Shown here one piece after another: positions 23,901 through 35,984 of a stretch of DNA of 64,000 bases. Within the stretch, counting starts at the first letter, position 1; every line of letters starts with the position of its first letter. The notes beneath the pieces are model-generated. The model saw only the letters and a list, made by a program, of their open reading frames with translations. It was not told the DNA's origin and did not search any database. The stretch is from Amphiscolops sp. MND2022 (taxonomy: Eukaryota): contig OZ076409.1 in NCBI GenBank assembly GCA_964187785.1, positions 19,842,001 through 19,906,000 on the forward strand, written 5' to 3'. The translations under genes were made by a program, and so were the position numbers.

Positions 23901-25867
23901 AGAGTTCGGTAGTCAAGTTGTCTTCGTTCCGTTTCCTAAAAAAACCTTTTTTGTGTTTCCTCATTAAGCCTATCAAATGGCTTCTATTGAGTTTTGGGAC
24001 ACGCATTAGTCGCGTGACCTTTCTCACCACATTCGTAACAAACGATCGTAACTGTTTTCGACCGACATTGCGCTTGCTTATGACCGAACTTGCCACACTC
24101 GGAACACTTCACATCTTTACTGAAATGTGAACTCGAACCTTGATTTGTAATTTTCAGGTTGCTTTCGCTGTCAAAATTGAAAAAAATCTCTCTTTGAACT
24201 TGGGAAAGACTATGGCTTGTGCGATAACTTGAAAACAGTGACAAAATTCGCGAACTGTTGTGAAAGGCCTTTGGAAATTTCGAAACTACCGAACAAAGCA
24301 TTTGGTCACCTACTTTTTGTTCACTTCGCTCAACTTTAGCTGAAGTTCCTCAGCTCTGACTGAGTAGTCACGAAGACTTTCACTTGAATCGAGTTTCAAG
24401 TTTGTCATCTTGTTCAACTGTTGATGAATGCGCGGTCTTTCTTTGCAATTGAAATAATTTTGCAGTTCACGCCAAACTGCGGTGCCATTCGGTTTTAGGC
24501 GTTTTAATAAACTTAACGTCTTCTTATCTAAACATTGAACCAATTCACACCATATTTGGAACTGCTTTTTTTTCAGTTTTTCAACCTCAGCGGCAAAGTT
24601 TTCGGCTTCTGTTGCCGGAAAAGTTTCATGTCCAACAAAACACTTCTTAGCTTGAGCAATTGAAGCCGAGCTTCAAATTGTTCCGAGAAATGTTAGAAAT
24701 CTTCATCCTTACCAAAAAACATTGAAGGCTCGAGTTTAGAATACAATGTCCTTGTCGAAGTTTCCATCTTAGCGGTAGTTTTCTCAACTTAACATGAAAT
24801 AATGAAGATTATTTTTCAAATGCTTCTATACTTTCACTATTCAGTCCTTTTCGCTGAACACCTTAACCTTGTGAATCATGGACCTCGTCAATTGTGTTTT
24901 TGTGGATTTGTTTCTAAGAACGCGCTGCAATCACGCAAAATAAGGACTTATTCAAAAAATGGAAATGACAGACATCCTGAAACCTAATTTAGAATCAACT
25001 CATTCCTGACTGTTGGCCAAGCAGTGCTTTAGCTACAGAAGTTAGGTGTGGAATACATAAATTTCGAGGGCAAAGCATCTTCAAAAAATAGGCATCAAAC
25101 TGTCTGTCAGTAAAGTATGGACTAAGGAAATTTTTCTGAGACGGTCTTACTAACTGGATCTTAAATCCCCCCAAGATTTCTTACTTTGAAAACTTGCTAC
25201 ATGTTGACTCTCAACTCAACTCGACTCTAACTCGACTCAGACTAACAAAAAACAGTAGCTATAAATGAAAGCACCAAGAAGAGAAGGAAAAGAAAAGAAG
25301 AGTTTGAGTTCAAATTCTCAGAGTTATTTAAACACTCACAAAAGTGGTTCCTCGAGGACTTTTAATTTATGCTACAAACTGACACTACTCAAAAAAACGT
25401 CGTAGCCACGCTGAACCATCACTCACACTCCACTGTGGCTCCACTACCAGTCCATTGCAAATCCATATTCGTCCCACTTCAACATCTAGTTGTCATCGCT
25501 GTTCAGCAAAAGTTGGCAATCGTCTATGTTGTTAGTCTCTGAGCGAACAAATTATCCAACTTCTTCGGCAAAGAAGTCTTAGTTCTTTTTGTTGCAAGAA
25601 GCGAGACAGTTTCCCATAACCTCTTGATTTCCAAAACGTTGTTTTGTTCTTTAGAATAAGTATGGTTTTTGATGAAAGTCAACCAAGAATGATACAAAAA
25701 TTTACAGTGAAGAAGTCATCAATTATTTGGAGCGAAAGCAAAGAAGAGATACTTCACGAGTTGTTCATACATTTGATGAAAGCAGAAATCTCGATAAAAA
25801 GTAGAAGATATACATGCTATGACTTCTAGCTCGAGACTTTAAATACTCGATAGGAAGCATGCAAACA
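20932..25867 (-). mobile_element. Ty1/copia LTR retrotransposon, decayed with internal RT deletion
   Basis: LTR-like repeats at about 20932-21079 and 25735-25867; PBS GGTTATGGG at about 25613-25621; gag with two CCHC knuckles; protease VLIDSGYTSHM; integrase CDVC/PLEIVHVD/SDNAKE before RT QLDVKTAYLN/KSLYG; RNase H ADVLTK. Confidence 0.9.
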
Positions 25868-25869
25868 AT

Positions 25870-26157
25870 GTCGATCAGTTCTTCTGATGCCCAAGATGTA
25901 TTCATTTTTAATCTGGAACGGTACTTCCAAATCGAACCGACATATAGGAACGCCTCAAGCGAAGATAATATCGAAGTCGCCAGACTTTATTCCAAACGAT
26001 CCGCATCTAACACGACGGACCATCAATTACATCTGCATCAAACACTCTATGCGAAAGCGTCTTTAAAGACCCCTTCAAACGAAGAAAGTCGAAAAGGAGG
26101 GAAAAAGGAAAGTGTTACGGTTCATCCGTCCCTTTAGACCTTTACTGAGTTTCGGTT
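25870..26157 (+). mobile_element. Gypsy 3' UTR, PPT and start of LTR
   Basis: Purine tract 26091-26112, then TGTTACGGTTCATCCGTCCCTTTAGACCTTTAC, which matches the start of the minus-strand LTR ending at 29632. Confidence 0.7.
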
Positions 26158-27448
26158 TTTTTCGCGTTGATTAAGTTCTGCAATCCTCCACATTGTTTAT
26201 GATTGGTTGTTTCTACGCTCATTTTGTGTTTCAGTGTTGTCGTTGCGTAATTCTGTTTTGTCTTTGTTGCATTTTGGTTGGTCGGCAAATCTTGGTCAAT
26301 ATTCCAAATTCCGTACCGCTTGTTTGGTTAACATGCTAATTATGTATTCTTCATTGTAATTTTTTTCCGCCGTGGTTCCCGCTGAAATCTAGCGCACCGA
26401 TAGAGTATTTTTTCTCGGGTTTGTTTCGATATCTACTACCGAATTTTATCGGTTTTGTGTTTCTGTGGTCCTTTATCGGCCACAGTGTTATTCGGAGTCC
26501 GGTTGTACTAGCATCTGTTGTTACTATGTTATCTTTGTCTTTCGCATAATGTGCTAGAGATTGTCCTTCACTTAACATCTGTTTTCTTTTTCTGAAATCT
26601 TTTTGTCTCCCCACACCCATGGCTCCTTCTTTTTCAGTACTTTTCTAAGACTGTCAGTCTTCTCCGATAAATTCAGTAAAAAGTTTTTTCTGTTTTGAAT
26701 TGCGCGGAGAACGGAATTTAATTCTTTTGCATTGTTTGCTGGTTTCAATTTCAATGTCGCTTCGACTTTCTCTTTATTCGGTTTAATTCCGTTTTCATCA
26801 ATTTCATAGCCCAACCACTTTGTTTTTGAAAGAATTCAAATTTGCTTTTTCTTGCCCGAAATCCGAATTGTTCGAGTTTTGACTGTACATCAAACAATTT
26901 CGGTTCATGTTTTTGTTTGCTTCCGCATGTTACCACTATCATACCATCTAACCAAGCAGATCTAAAGTATTCCAGTGTTCGGTCAATTTTTTGGTAGTAT
27001 CCACTGGAGTTTTCCCCGATTGTTGCGGATACACATTGTCGGCTTGTTTCTTCGAATAGTTTCATTTGTCTGTATGCGTAGTCTGAACATATCTTCGAAA
27101 AAAGTAATTTTATTGTTCGGTCGCAGGTTTTACCGAAATTTGTTTGAGAAGGTCTTCCATGTTCGGCATATGGGGTCTCATTTTGATACAGCTGTCATTC
27201 AGTTTTCTATTGAACACTTTTTCGCGTTCTGATTGGATGCTCTCGGAGTGTTTGAGTCTCTTTGTCCAGTTCTTCTCGAGTAGAGGTGTTATGTCTGATC
27301 CTTCGGTTTATAAAACTTCCACTTTTTTGTTGTTTTTTTTTCCATGTTTACCGGATTTTACCGCTTGAATTTCACTTCGTTTTAGTTTACGTCTTTGTAT
27401 ATGACTGTGCTTTCTTTGTCTGTTTTTTTTACCGTTGCAATGTAATGT

Positions 27449-27929
27449 TTCGTCTTATAAATAGAATAAAAGAGCCCGACTATTACAGTCACTTGTTTTT
27501 TTTTCTTTTTTTAAGAAAGACTCGAAGCGACGAACGTTAACGTTCAACTAAAGAAAACTAAATACCAGGGTAACGCGTGTAAATTATTCCAAAGGATCCC
27601 CCATTTGGTTTTGTACTTTTTAAACGTTACCTACAAGCCCGGACGGGACTAAAGGGTCCCCCCTTTCGATTTTTTTTCGGCACTGTGCGACTTTTTTCGA
27701 AATTTTTTTAATGTCTCCAAAGGGTCCCCCCTTTGAGTTTTTTGTTATTTTGCTACAGAATGCGTGTTTATAAATCAAAAACGGTCCCCCCTTTTACAAT
27801 TTTCGGCACTGTGCGACATTTTCCAAAAGAAAAACTTTTTCTCGAAAATTTCAAGTTTTTCTCCAAAAAAAATGTTTTGCGCTTTTTGAGCTTTAGATAT
27901 AGCGCCAACTTGAGACGTTCCCGTCTTGT
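27449..27929 (+). mobile_element. HINE/DINE-1-like Helentron-associated non-autonomous element
   Basis: Degenerate left end ..GCCCGACTATTACAGT; right end GCGCCAACTTGAGACGTTCCCGTCTTGT. Confidence 0.7.
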
Positions 27930-28236
27930 TATTACTTCTTTGTGGTGTATACTTTCGTCCGACTAGCTTGATGTTTCGTCTCGGTCTCCATTTTTTTCTT
28001 CAGTTAGGCTTTTCACTGTTTGGATATTGTTAAATTTTTGTTTACATGCTTTTGCGTAGTGACCTTTCTTTCCACATTTGATGCGGTTTGCCTCTTTTGC
28101 CGGGCCTTTTTGTAATGGTGTCGAGTTTGGTGCACTGCAGAATCTGCATGGTCTGTTTCCTGTCGGTCTACTTTTCAGTTTTGTAGCGAATTGTTCCCTA
28201 TCTTTGTATCGGTTCTTCTTTTATGGTGTGTTTTTT

Positions 28237-28754
28237 AGTCGGCGCCTTTTCCCTTAAGGAAAAAAGCTCGACTATTACAGTGGGTAGTTTTTTTTTCTTT
28301 TTCAGCCTACAATCTCACTCTGAATGGTCCACTTTTTACAATTTGTTCATCTTTCATATTTGTTCATCTTCCAAGCCGGAGAGCGGGGGTTCGATTCTCG
28401 CACTAAACCATAATATTTTTATGCTTCCAAAAGTACAGCAGGTGAGACCAAATGGTCCCCCCTTTGGGTTTTTTTCGGCACTATGCGACTTTTTTTTCGA
28501 AAATTTTCGGATTCTATCAAAGGGTACCCCCTTGCATTTTTTTGAAGTTTTCGGTTTGTAAAAACGTTTAATGAGCCTGAATGACCTCTTTTTGATTTTT
28601 TCGGCATTGTGCGACTTTCTAAAAAAATACTTTTTTCGAAAAAAAAATCAATTTTTTTTTGAAAAAAATAATTTTTCCAAATGTTTCCAATAGTTGTTCT
28701 TTGAATATTTTTGAGCCTTAGATATCGCGCCGACTTGAGACGATCCCGTCTTGT
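28237..28754 (+). mobile_element. HINE/DINE-1-like element
   Basis: TT|AGTCGGCGC subTIR plus inverted GCTCGACT at the left; GCGCCGACT subTIR, stem-loop and CTTGT|TT at the right; inserted in a T-run with no TSD. Confidence 0.8.
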
Positions 28755-29761
28755 TTTACCAAAAATAGTGCTTCCTATATTGTAATTTTCTTGCTCGTCT
28801 TTTCTCAGGTGTTGCGTTTGATTAACACATTCGTTTGTTTCAGTTTCAGTTTTTGTTTCATCATCTTTTCTCGTGGTTGTCGGCGATTGCTGTCATATAT
28901 TTGGATGTTAGAAAATCTTCAGCTGAAATTATGTCGAAATTGTATTCTTTTCAATTTCAATCAGTTGTTTCCAGAATGTTTCGGGTGTTTCGTCTTCAGG
29001 TTGTTTGGCCCAGAAGAAATCTCGACGGTTGTAGTGTGTGATGCGTTTTGGTAGGCAGTAGTCAGTGAATAACCGTATAAAGTCTTTTAATTTTTTGCTG
29101 TCCGGTTCCGTTTTGTACTCGCCTCGGGTTATCTGATACAATACTTTGGGTCACACTCCCTTGATAAAATCTTTTTGGATAGGTTGTTCTTTTCCGGTGT
29201 ATCCGCTTTCCGTGATGTCTTCTCATTTTAGTAGTGGTTAAATGTCTATTTGATGTACTCGCTTCGTGAATTGTCGAAATCGTTCAAACCAATGTCTCGG
29301 TGTGAATACCGCATTTCCGTCCGATGCCAGGTTCGGTACTATGTTTTTCTCAGCCATAAAAAGTTTGGTTCAATTTATTTGCTAAAAATTAGCTGATTGC
29401 TCCATGTTGTAATCAAAGACCATGAGGCTAGAAAAGAGAAAAGGAGAAAAGAGCACAGAAATAAAGGTTTCTAGTTTCGTGATATATCCAATACAAACGT
29501 TTAACAAAAAAGCATGTGTTTATTTTATGTTCTTTTTGAGTTTGTTTATCAAACACTCGTATAGTCTTCTAGACTAACGTTGATGAACCGAAACTCGGTA
29601 AAGGTCAAAAGGGACGGATGCACCGTATAACAGCAACAACCGGTGTGAAGCACATCCTTTTGGGAAGTGCGAGTCTCGTCCAAGCAAACAATATGGGATC
29701 TAGAGGAGACAGTCAAGAGGGAGGAATAAAAAATTTCCACGGTTTTAGAATACTGGCTACC

Positions 29762-30110
29762 AAGACTGCTACTGATGAGAAGCTACTAAAGACCCTGGTG
29801 TGTTTAGAGCGACCGACGTACGACCAAATGCCCAAAGAAACCAAAAAACCAATGATTCTTCTCGCAACAAGATTCAAAAGACCACTATTGATAAGAAGCT
29901 ACTAAAGACCCTGGTGTGTTTTGAGCGCCCAACGTACGACCAAATGGCCGAAGGAACCAAACAACACATAATTCTTCTCGCAATAAGATTCGACAAGACC
30001 ACTAGTGATGAGAAGCTACTAAAGACCCTGGTGTGTTTTGAGCGCCCAACGTACGACCAAATGCCCGAAGGAACCAAACAACACATGATTTTTCTCGCAA
30101 CCAGATTCGA
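29762..30110 (+). repeat. Three tandem copies (116-117 bp) of a gypsy pol segment
   Basis: Units start at 29762, 29878 and 29995; each encodes KTxxDEKLLKTLVCxERPTYDQM..LATRF, resembling the pre-integrase region of the intact element. Confidence 0.8.
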
Positions 30111-30888
30111 CTTTGTATTCTTTGAAGATGGAATAAACATCCCGGAGGAATACCTTGTTGCACAAAGAACCCCATGCAGTAAACAAATGCAGCTGAACTG
30201 TTCCAGAGGCACCGGATGCAAAAGATATACCGTCGAGGTGTGAGAAATATACCTCCTACAACGTGTACTGTAAGACGATTAAACAACAATTACAATTTCT
30301 CATAAAACTACTTACCGCCGATGAAGAAGACGAAAAAAGAAGCTTTGAAGTCTAAAACTTTTTTCATTCTATTTTCTATCCACCGGTACAAAAGATGACC
30401 GGTGGCGAGTTTGTGCTAAACACTCAAACGACCGCAAAACTTTTCTATATTTTTATGACATCCAAACAGAATACCAAAAACGATACGAACAGACGATTCA
30501 ACAGTTTACAGATTTCAGGGAACCTTAGCCATTGAGGAGATGGATGTTTATTGCGCATTGGACCGTGCTGTCCGATAATGCGAAAAAGTATATACTAAAC
30601 TGATGGAAAATCCACTTGAGAAAAACTATGGACGAAAACCTCGAACAGAAGCAATTACCTAATTGAATATACTTACCGAACTGACGAATGGTCCCATTTC
30701 AGCAAACTCGACACGCTATAAATGGTCTTCCTCACAAACGCAGATGGAGAGGCCAATCAGTTCGTTATGAATACACGACGAAACCTAAAATAGGATATTA
30801 GCAACAAGACGCCCGCTATGCACCAGGATATTTTCCGCCTTCAATTGGCTAACTATAGACGCTTAATCAAAAATTTACCTCCTTCTTG

Positions 30889-32380
30889 GTGAAACGCAAT
30901 TACTTCGGATATAACGTCAAAAATTCGGAATATAGCGCAATAATTTCGACCCTCCGCTTACTCCTTAGTAAAACGCAATTTACTTCGAATATAGCGTGCT
31001 GGGAGTGAATTTGGGAGTAAGTAACAACTACATGTGAGTAAGTAAATGGAGCAAGTATAAAATGGAGATTTGGCAGAATTCAGAAAAAAACGCAACACAG
31101 ATCATGATTTTCCTTCCCCGATTTATATGGACGGAAAATAACAAATATTAATGGTAACAACCCGGGAACGGCGTAAATCAGCGCCCGCTTAAAGCACAAA
31201 AATACTTCAAAGCGTAAAAAATTGACTTCCACAGTACCCGAATAGCACAAAGAGGGGCCCTTTTGGCCCGGAAGTTTAGGTTTATATTTGCTTCGGATAT
31301 GACGTCAAAACTTCAGATATAGCGCAATATTTTCGAACCGCAGTCTTCTTGGTAAACGCAAACTACTTCATATATAACGTTTTTTCGGATATATTGCAAT
31401 ATTTCGAACGTCTGCCACCTGAGTAAAACGCAATTCAATTCGGATTTAACGTCAAATTGGAATATAGGGCGATAACTTCAAACCTCCGTTGACTCCATAG
31501 TAAAACATCTTTTTTTATATAACGTCAAAAATTAGGCTATAGCGCGCTTGTACCATTGGAAGTACTTTTTTTGAACACCCACTTCCTCCCTAATAAAACA
31601 CAATACATATGAATATAACGTCCAAAATTCGGATATGGCGCAATTTACTTCAGAATCCAATATCCAGACAACCCTAGAGGACTGCATTGGAGATCTTGAG
31701 ATTGACAATCTGGGCAAATTACCCACTGCATCGCAACACACACAGACGAACAAGGACATTCAACGAGACCACACCAACGGGACAGAAAATTATACCAGCA
31801 CCAGTAGACCACACAGAAGTGGCTCAAGGATCAGGGCCGGTTTTCCGAATGGGAATACTAAAATAAAATCGAATGAAGGGAGAGATTTCACTGGGTTCAT
31901 TAAAGCTGAGAACTAATGAAGAAAAAAGCAACAAAAACAACTGAGCGATGCAAAAAAACAATTAGAAAAAACCTTGAACCATCACCGTGGTCGACAATAA
32001 ATGTACGAACAAAGGTATAACAAGGCGGGAACTATAACAAGAAGTCGGCGCTATACCTAAGGCTCAAAAACCGCAAAGTTTTTAAAATATGCCCAGGACG
32101 TTTTTATGAAAGTCTCACAAAAGAGTTTTTAAACACACAAAGGGTGCCTTTCGTGCTCGGAAATCTTTCAGAAGTTCAGATGTAACGTGCTGAGACAAAT
32201 GCGATTGCTTTTTCTTCATCCTACACCTCCTGAGTAAAAAGCACTATAGTTCGGATATAACGTCAAAATTTGAATATAGCGTGCTGGAATAAATGAGAGC
32301 GGTTTTTTCGAACCTCTGCCTCCTCCTTAGTGAAACACAATATAGTTCGGATATAACGTCAAAATTCGAATATAGCGCAG
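30889..32380 (+). repeat. Degenerate about 70-76-bp repeat array, interrupted by other insertions
   Basis: About 9 copies of GTAAAACGCAATTACTTCGGATATAACGTCAAAATTCGGATATAGCGCAAT at 30889-31660 and 32230-32380. Confidence 0.75.
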
Positions 32381-32589
32381 AAAGTAAGTCTAAGTACATA
32401 CTTAGAAGAAAGTCGCATAGTACCGAAAAACGACGGTCTCAAAAAAATCATTGGTGGATATATATTGAGAAAACCCTAATTTCAGACAAAAAATGAGAAT
32501 TTTGAAACTGTCCCATAGTACCGATATTGTGGAAGGGGGGAGGGAACCTTTGGGATTTTTTAACGACCATTTTGTTGAAATATATCAAA

Positions 32590-33704
32590 ACAAGCCGGGA
32601 ACGGCCCAAGTCGGCGCCATATCTAAAGCTCAAAAATAGCAAAAAGACTTCAAAGTGTCAAGTATTTTTTTCTACAGTACCCACGTGAGGAAAAAATTGA
32701 AAAAAAATTCCGAATATTTTTGAATTTTTTCTCGATTTTTTTGTTTCCGTAAGTCGCATAGTGCCGAAAAATGAAGGGGGACCCTTTGGAGACATTTTAA
32801 AAATTTTCGAAAAAAGTCTCAGTACCGAAAAAATTTGAAAGGGCCCTTCAGTTTCGTTCGGTTTTTAGTCGGCGCTTCATGAAGTGAAACGCGACTATTA
32901 TAGTGACTCTTTTTTTTCTATCCACACGAACTGACCAAAATAGTTCTACAAGTTCTACAAAATATTATTGCATCAAAATGCACTATTTGGTCTAACGAAC
33001 TGAACCAAAAAAGTTTTTCCTGTTTTTCCGCGTAACATACCATACTGGGTGAGACCAAAGACTCCCCCTTTCATTTTTTTTCGGCACTGCGAGACTTTTT
33101 TTTCGAAAAAAAAATTTTCCCCAAAGGGTCCCCCCTGCATTTTTTTGAGGTTTTGCGACAGAATGGATGTTGAAAAATCCCAAAGAGTCCCCCCTTTCAG
33201 TTTTTTTTCGGCATTGTGAGATTTTTTCCCGAAATTGAAAATTTTTGTTTTCTTCAATTTTTTCATGTTTTGCGACAGAATGGATGTTGAAAAACCTCAA
33301 AGGGTCCACCCTTTCAGTTTTTCGGCATTGTGAGACTTTAGCGCGCCAGGGGCTCGCGCTAGCGAGCCCCGGCGCGCCACTCGGTCCATTTTTTTGACTA
33401 TGTAATTTTTTCGAAAAATTTTTTTTCAAAAAATTTCGATTTTCGAGTACTGTAAAAGAGTACTTGACACTTGGAAGTCTTTTTGCTATTTTTGAGCCTT
33501 GGATATGGCGCCGACTTGGGCCGGTCCCGGCTTGTTGTATATTACGTTGAAAAAAGAAAAATGAGAGGGGGACCATTTGCAATGTTTAGTAGTTTTAGTA
33601 GTTTCTGTAAAAAGTGTCTACTACGCATACGTTCTGTTATCTGACCAAAAAAACTAGTCACTGTAATAGTCGAGCTTTTTTAATTAAGGGAAAACGCGCC
33701 GACT
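32590..33704 (-). mobile_element. HINE-like element hosting a nested opposite-strand copy
   Basis: ACAAGCCGGGAACGGCCCAAGTCGGCGCC at 32590 and CACTGTAATAGTCGAGC..GCGCCGACT ending at 33704. Confidence 0.7.
32867..33535 (+). mobile_element. HINE-like element (nested)
   Basis: TTTT|AGTCGGCGC..GCGCCGACTTGGGCCGGTCCCGGCTTGT. Confidence 0.8.
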
Positions 33705-34106
33705 AAAAACCTAAAACAATGTAACTTGACAATATACGATTAAAGCTTTTAACCATTATCGAAAAAGTCTATCAAAATAAGAACCACAAGACATATCGTA
33801 AAGTTGGGTAACCCAAAACCATTCTGAAAGATTACAGTTAACACCGTGGAGATGATGAACGAGAAATTGAGGAAATCAAAAGCATGAAAAGCCACCATCC
33901 GCTTGAGGCAAGGACGCGAACCTATCACAGGCCTGTAATAAACTCAAAATCAACAACGCAATTACGAAGCTAAACTATGGGTTCAATTTTACTTCAAACA
34001 AACTAATTGAATTTAATTAATTCAATTTAAAAAACTCCCCAGTTCGATCAGGTGGATTGATTGTGGCATATCAATGGCAATTATCTACTAGTATCTACTC
34101 CCAGCT

Positions 34107-34560
34107 GGGGAGCCTGGCGTAGTGGTTAGGGGAGCCTGGCGTAGTGGTTAGGGGAGCATGGCGTAGTGGTTGGGGAGAGCAATGGCGTAGTGGTTAGAGC
34201 ATTCGGCCTGTAATGGGGTGGATCAGGTTCGAATCTCTCTCAACTCAACATTTTTGGGCCATAAGCGAGTCTTTCATCCTTAGCTTAGTGGTATGGTCAG
34301 TGACAAAAAATAACGCATTGGGTGGCGAAAAGCAAAGTAAAAAGAGCAACGGTGAGCAGTCAGGCCTTTGTGACCTTGAACAAGTCACTTCGAAACCACA
34401 GCTTCAAGTCCACCATTGCTTGACCATTTGGCTGCAAATATGTTTCCATAGCTTGCTATGGGGAGATAGTATCCGAAAGGGTGCCGACTTAGAAAAGCAG
34501 AACTGCTTATTCGCCGTCCACCCCGCGGAATTGGGGAAATAAACTTTCTTCTTCTTCTAC
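34107..34560 (+). mobile_element. tRNA-derived SINE with a tandemly repeated A-box head
   Basis: Four GGGGAGCCTGGCGTAGTGGTTA-like units, B box GGTTCGAATCT at 34226-34236, non-tRNA body, AATAAA and a (CTT)n tail. Confidence 0.7.
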
Positions 34561-35984
34561 TAGTCAACTCTGTCTCACTTCAGTTGATACATATACTATC
34601 ACTCAACCGTAACTTTATCTTTCAGAGATGAATACCCTTTTGGCCGTTGTCCTATTTGGCATTGTTCATAAGAGATACAACGCAGAGTTTCGCTTTCAGT
34701 TATCCAAGAATTGAAATAAAGAGGCATGAGCTAACTTTTGTCCTGTGAGTTTTTTCTACAACTTACTTTTTTCAAGAAAAAATGCTTTCTGATACTTTCC
34801 TGAGACGCTTGATATTATCACTTTGCGCTGTCAGAAGAAAGTAATTTGATTAACTTAGTAAACCTAATGATTTTCTCGTTATGTAAACCTGTGATCAGCC
34901 TAATAATGAAAAAAACAAACCAAATTTTAGAGTCCTTTTTGTGCTCAAAAAGTAATAAGAAACGACGTTGCAGACGGTGTCGAAAGGTTTCTCGAAATGA
35001 AGCTTCGATTTGAAAAAAAGCCCTGTTTTGCTACTCAAAACCATTTGGGTGGCGAATTCAGTAAAATGTGGCATTCATGCTATAGTTCTAATTATTTGAT
35101 TTTGTATGAAATCAGTCACAAAACAGTGTTTTTGTCCTCAAATGAGCACAGCGTTTTTTAGCAATCAATGAAAAATTACCAAACGCATATAACAAAGGAA
35201 AACAAAAATTGTCTTTCTTGTTGACAACCTATTGGACTAATTGGGGTGAGTTGTTGGTTGTGTCCATATAGTTTTTTTCCACGCCACCATTACATTTCAA
35301 AAATGTTGCTTCTTCTCGATAACTGAGCAACTGTTTGCTGTTAGTGTCACACAGTAGGCCACCATTGGACTTCACCAATGAGTTCGACTGTCATTTGAAA
35401 GTGGCGCCAACTCCCAGCCTAATTAGTGTGCATTTGAAAGCTTAGGTAAAGGGCTTTCAGGAACAGAAAACCGATTTCAGCTGCGGCTGTTATTCGTGGA
35501 GGAATGATGCTTCGAAAAAGATTTTTGTCAATTTTCAACTTTTCGGTGTACTGCCAAGGTTAAACTCACGGTCATTATCGTATAGATAGCTATTTCATAT
35601 AACTCAAATTGAAGACGTATTCTGAGCACTGAATGTTTTATTTGATAACGAAACCAGACTGAGAGAGAAGATAGAAGAAAATAGAAGAGAATAGAAGACA
35701 AAAGAATAGAAGACAAAAGAAAAGACGTAAAAATGCTCGTCACGTCGCTCAAGCTGTTTTTATATCAATCCTGAGCAGTTTTCACTGATCCATAAGAGTC
35801 AATCAATTGAAACAAATATTTCTGTATCAAATGAAAACATTGTAGCTAAACAAAAAACCTAGAGCATTTGACCAATTTGACTCTTGACCTATGATTGTTC
35901 AAACTCTTAGAGTTCGCTCGGGCTTTAAAAACAACATTTGATGAATCTAAATTTCTAGATTAAATTTTCATTTGAAATTGAACA

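Larger units (their letters stand above)
26160..29632 (-). mobile_element. Ty3/gypsy copy, decayed and truncated, interrupted by two HINEs
   Basis: LTR 29405-29632 (TG..CA) followed by TGGAGCAATCAG (PBS relic); gag fragment YQITRGEYKTEP..FFWAKQ; RT SAWLDG; RNase H VTTDASTTG. Confidence 0.85.

Noticed and set aside
30889..32380. CRISPR-like repeat-spacer array
   Set aside because: Units are degenerate and contiguous with no unique spacers or cas genes; the context is eukaryotic.
32973..33582. ORFs of 97 and 196 aa (and similar ones at 28419, 38757-39142, 48696-49023)
   Set aside because: Read-through of low-complexity HINE internal repeats; frames differ between copies.
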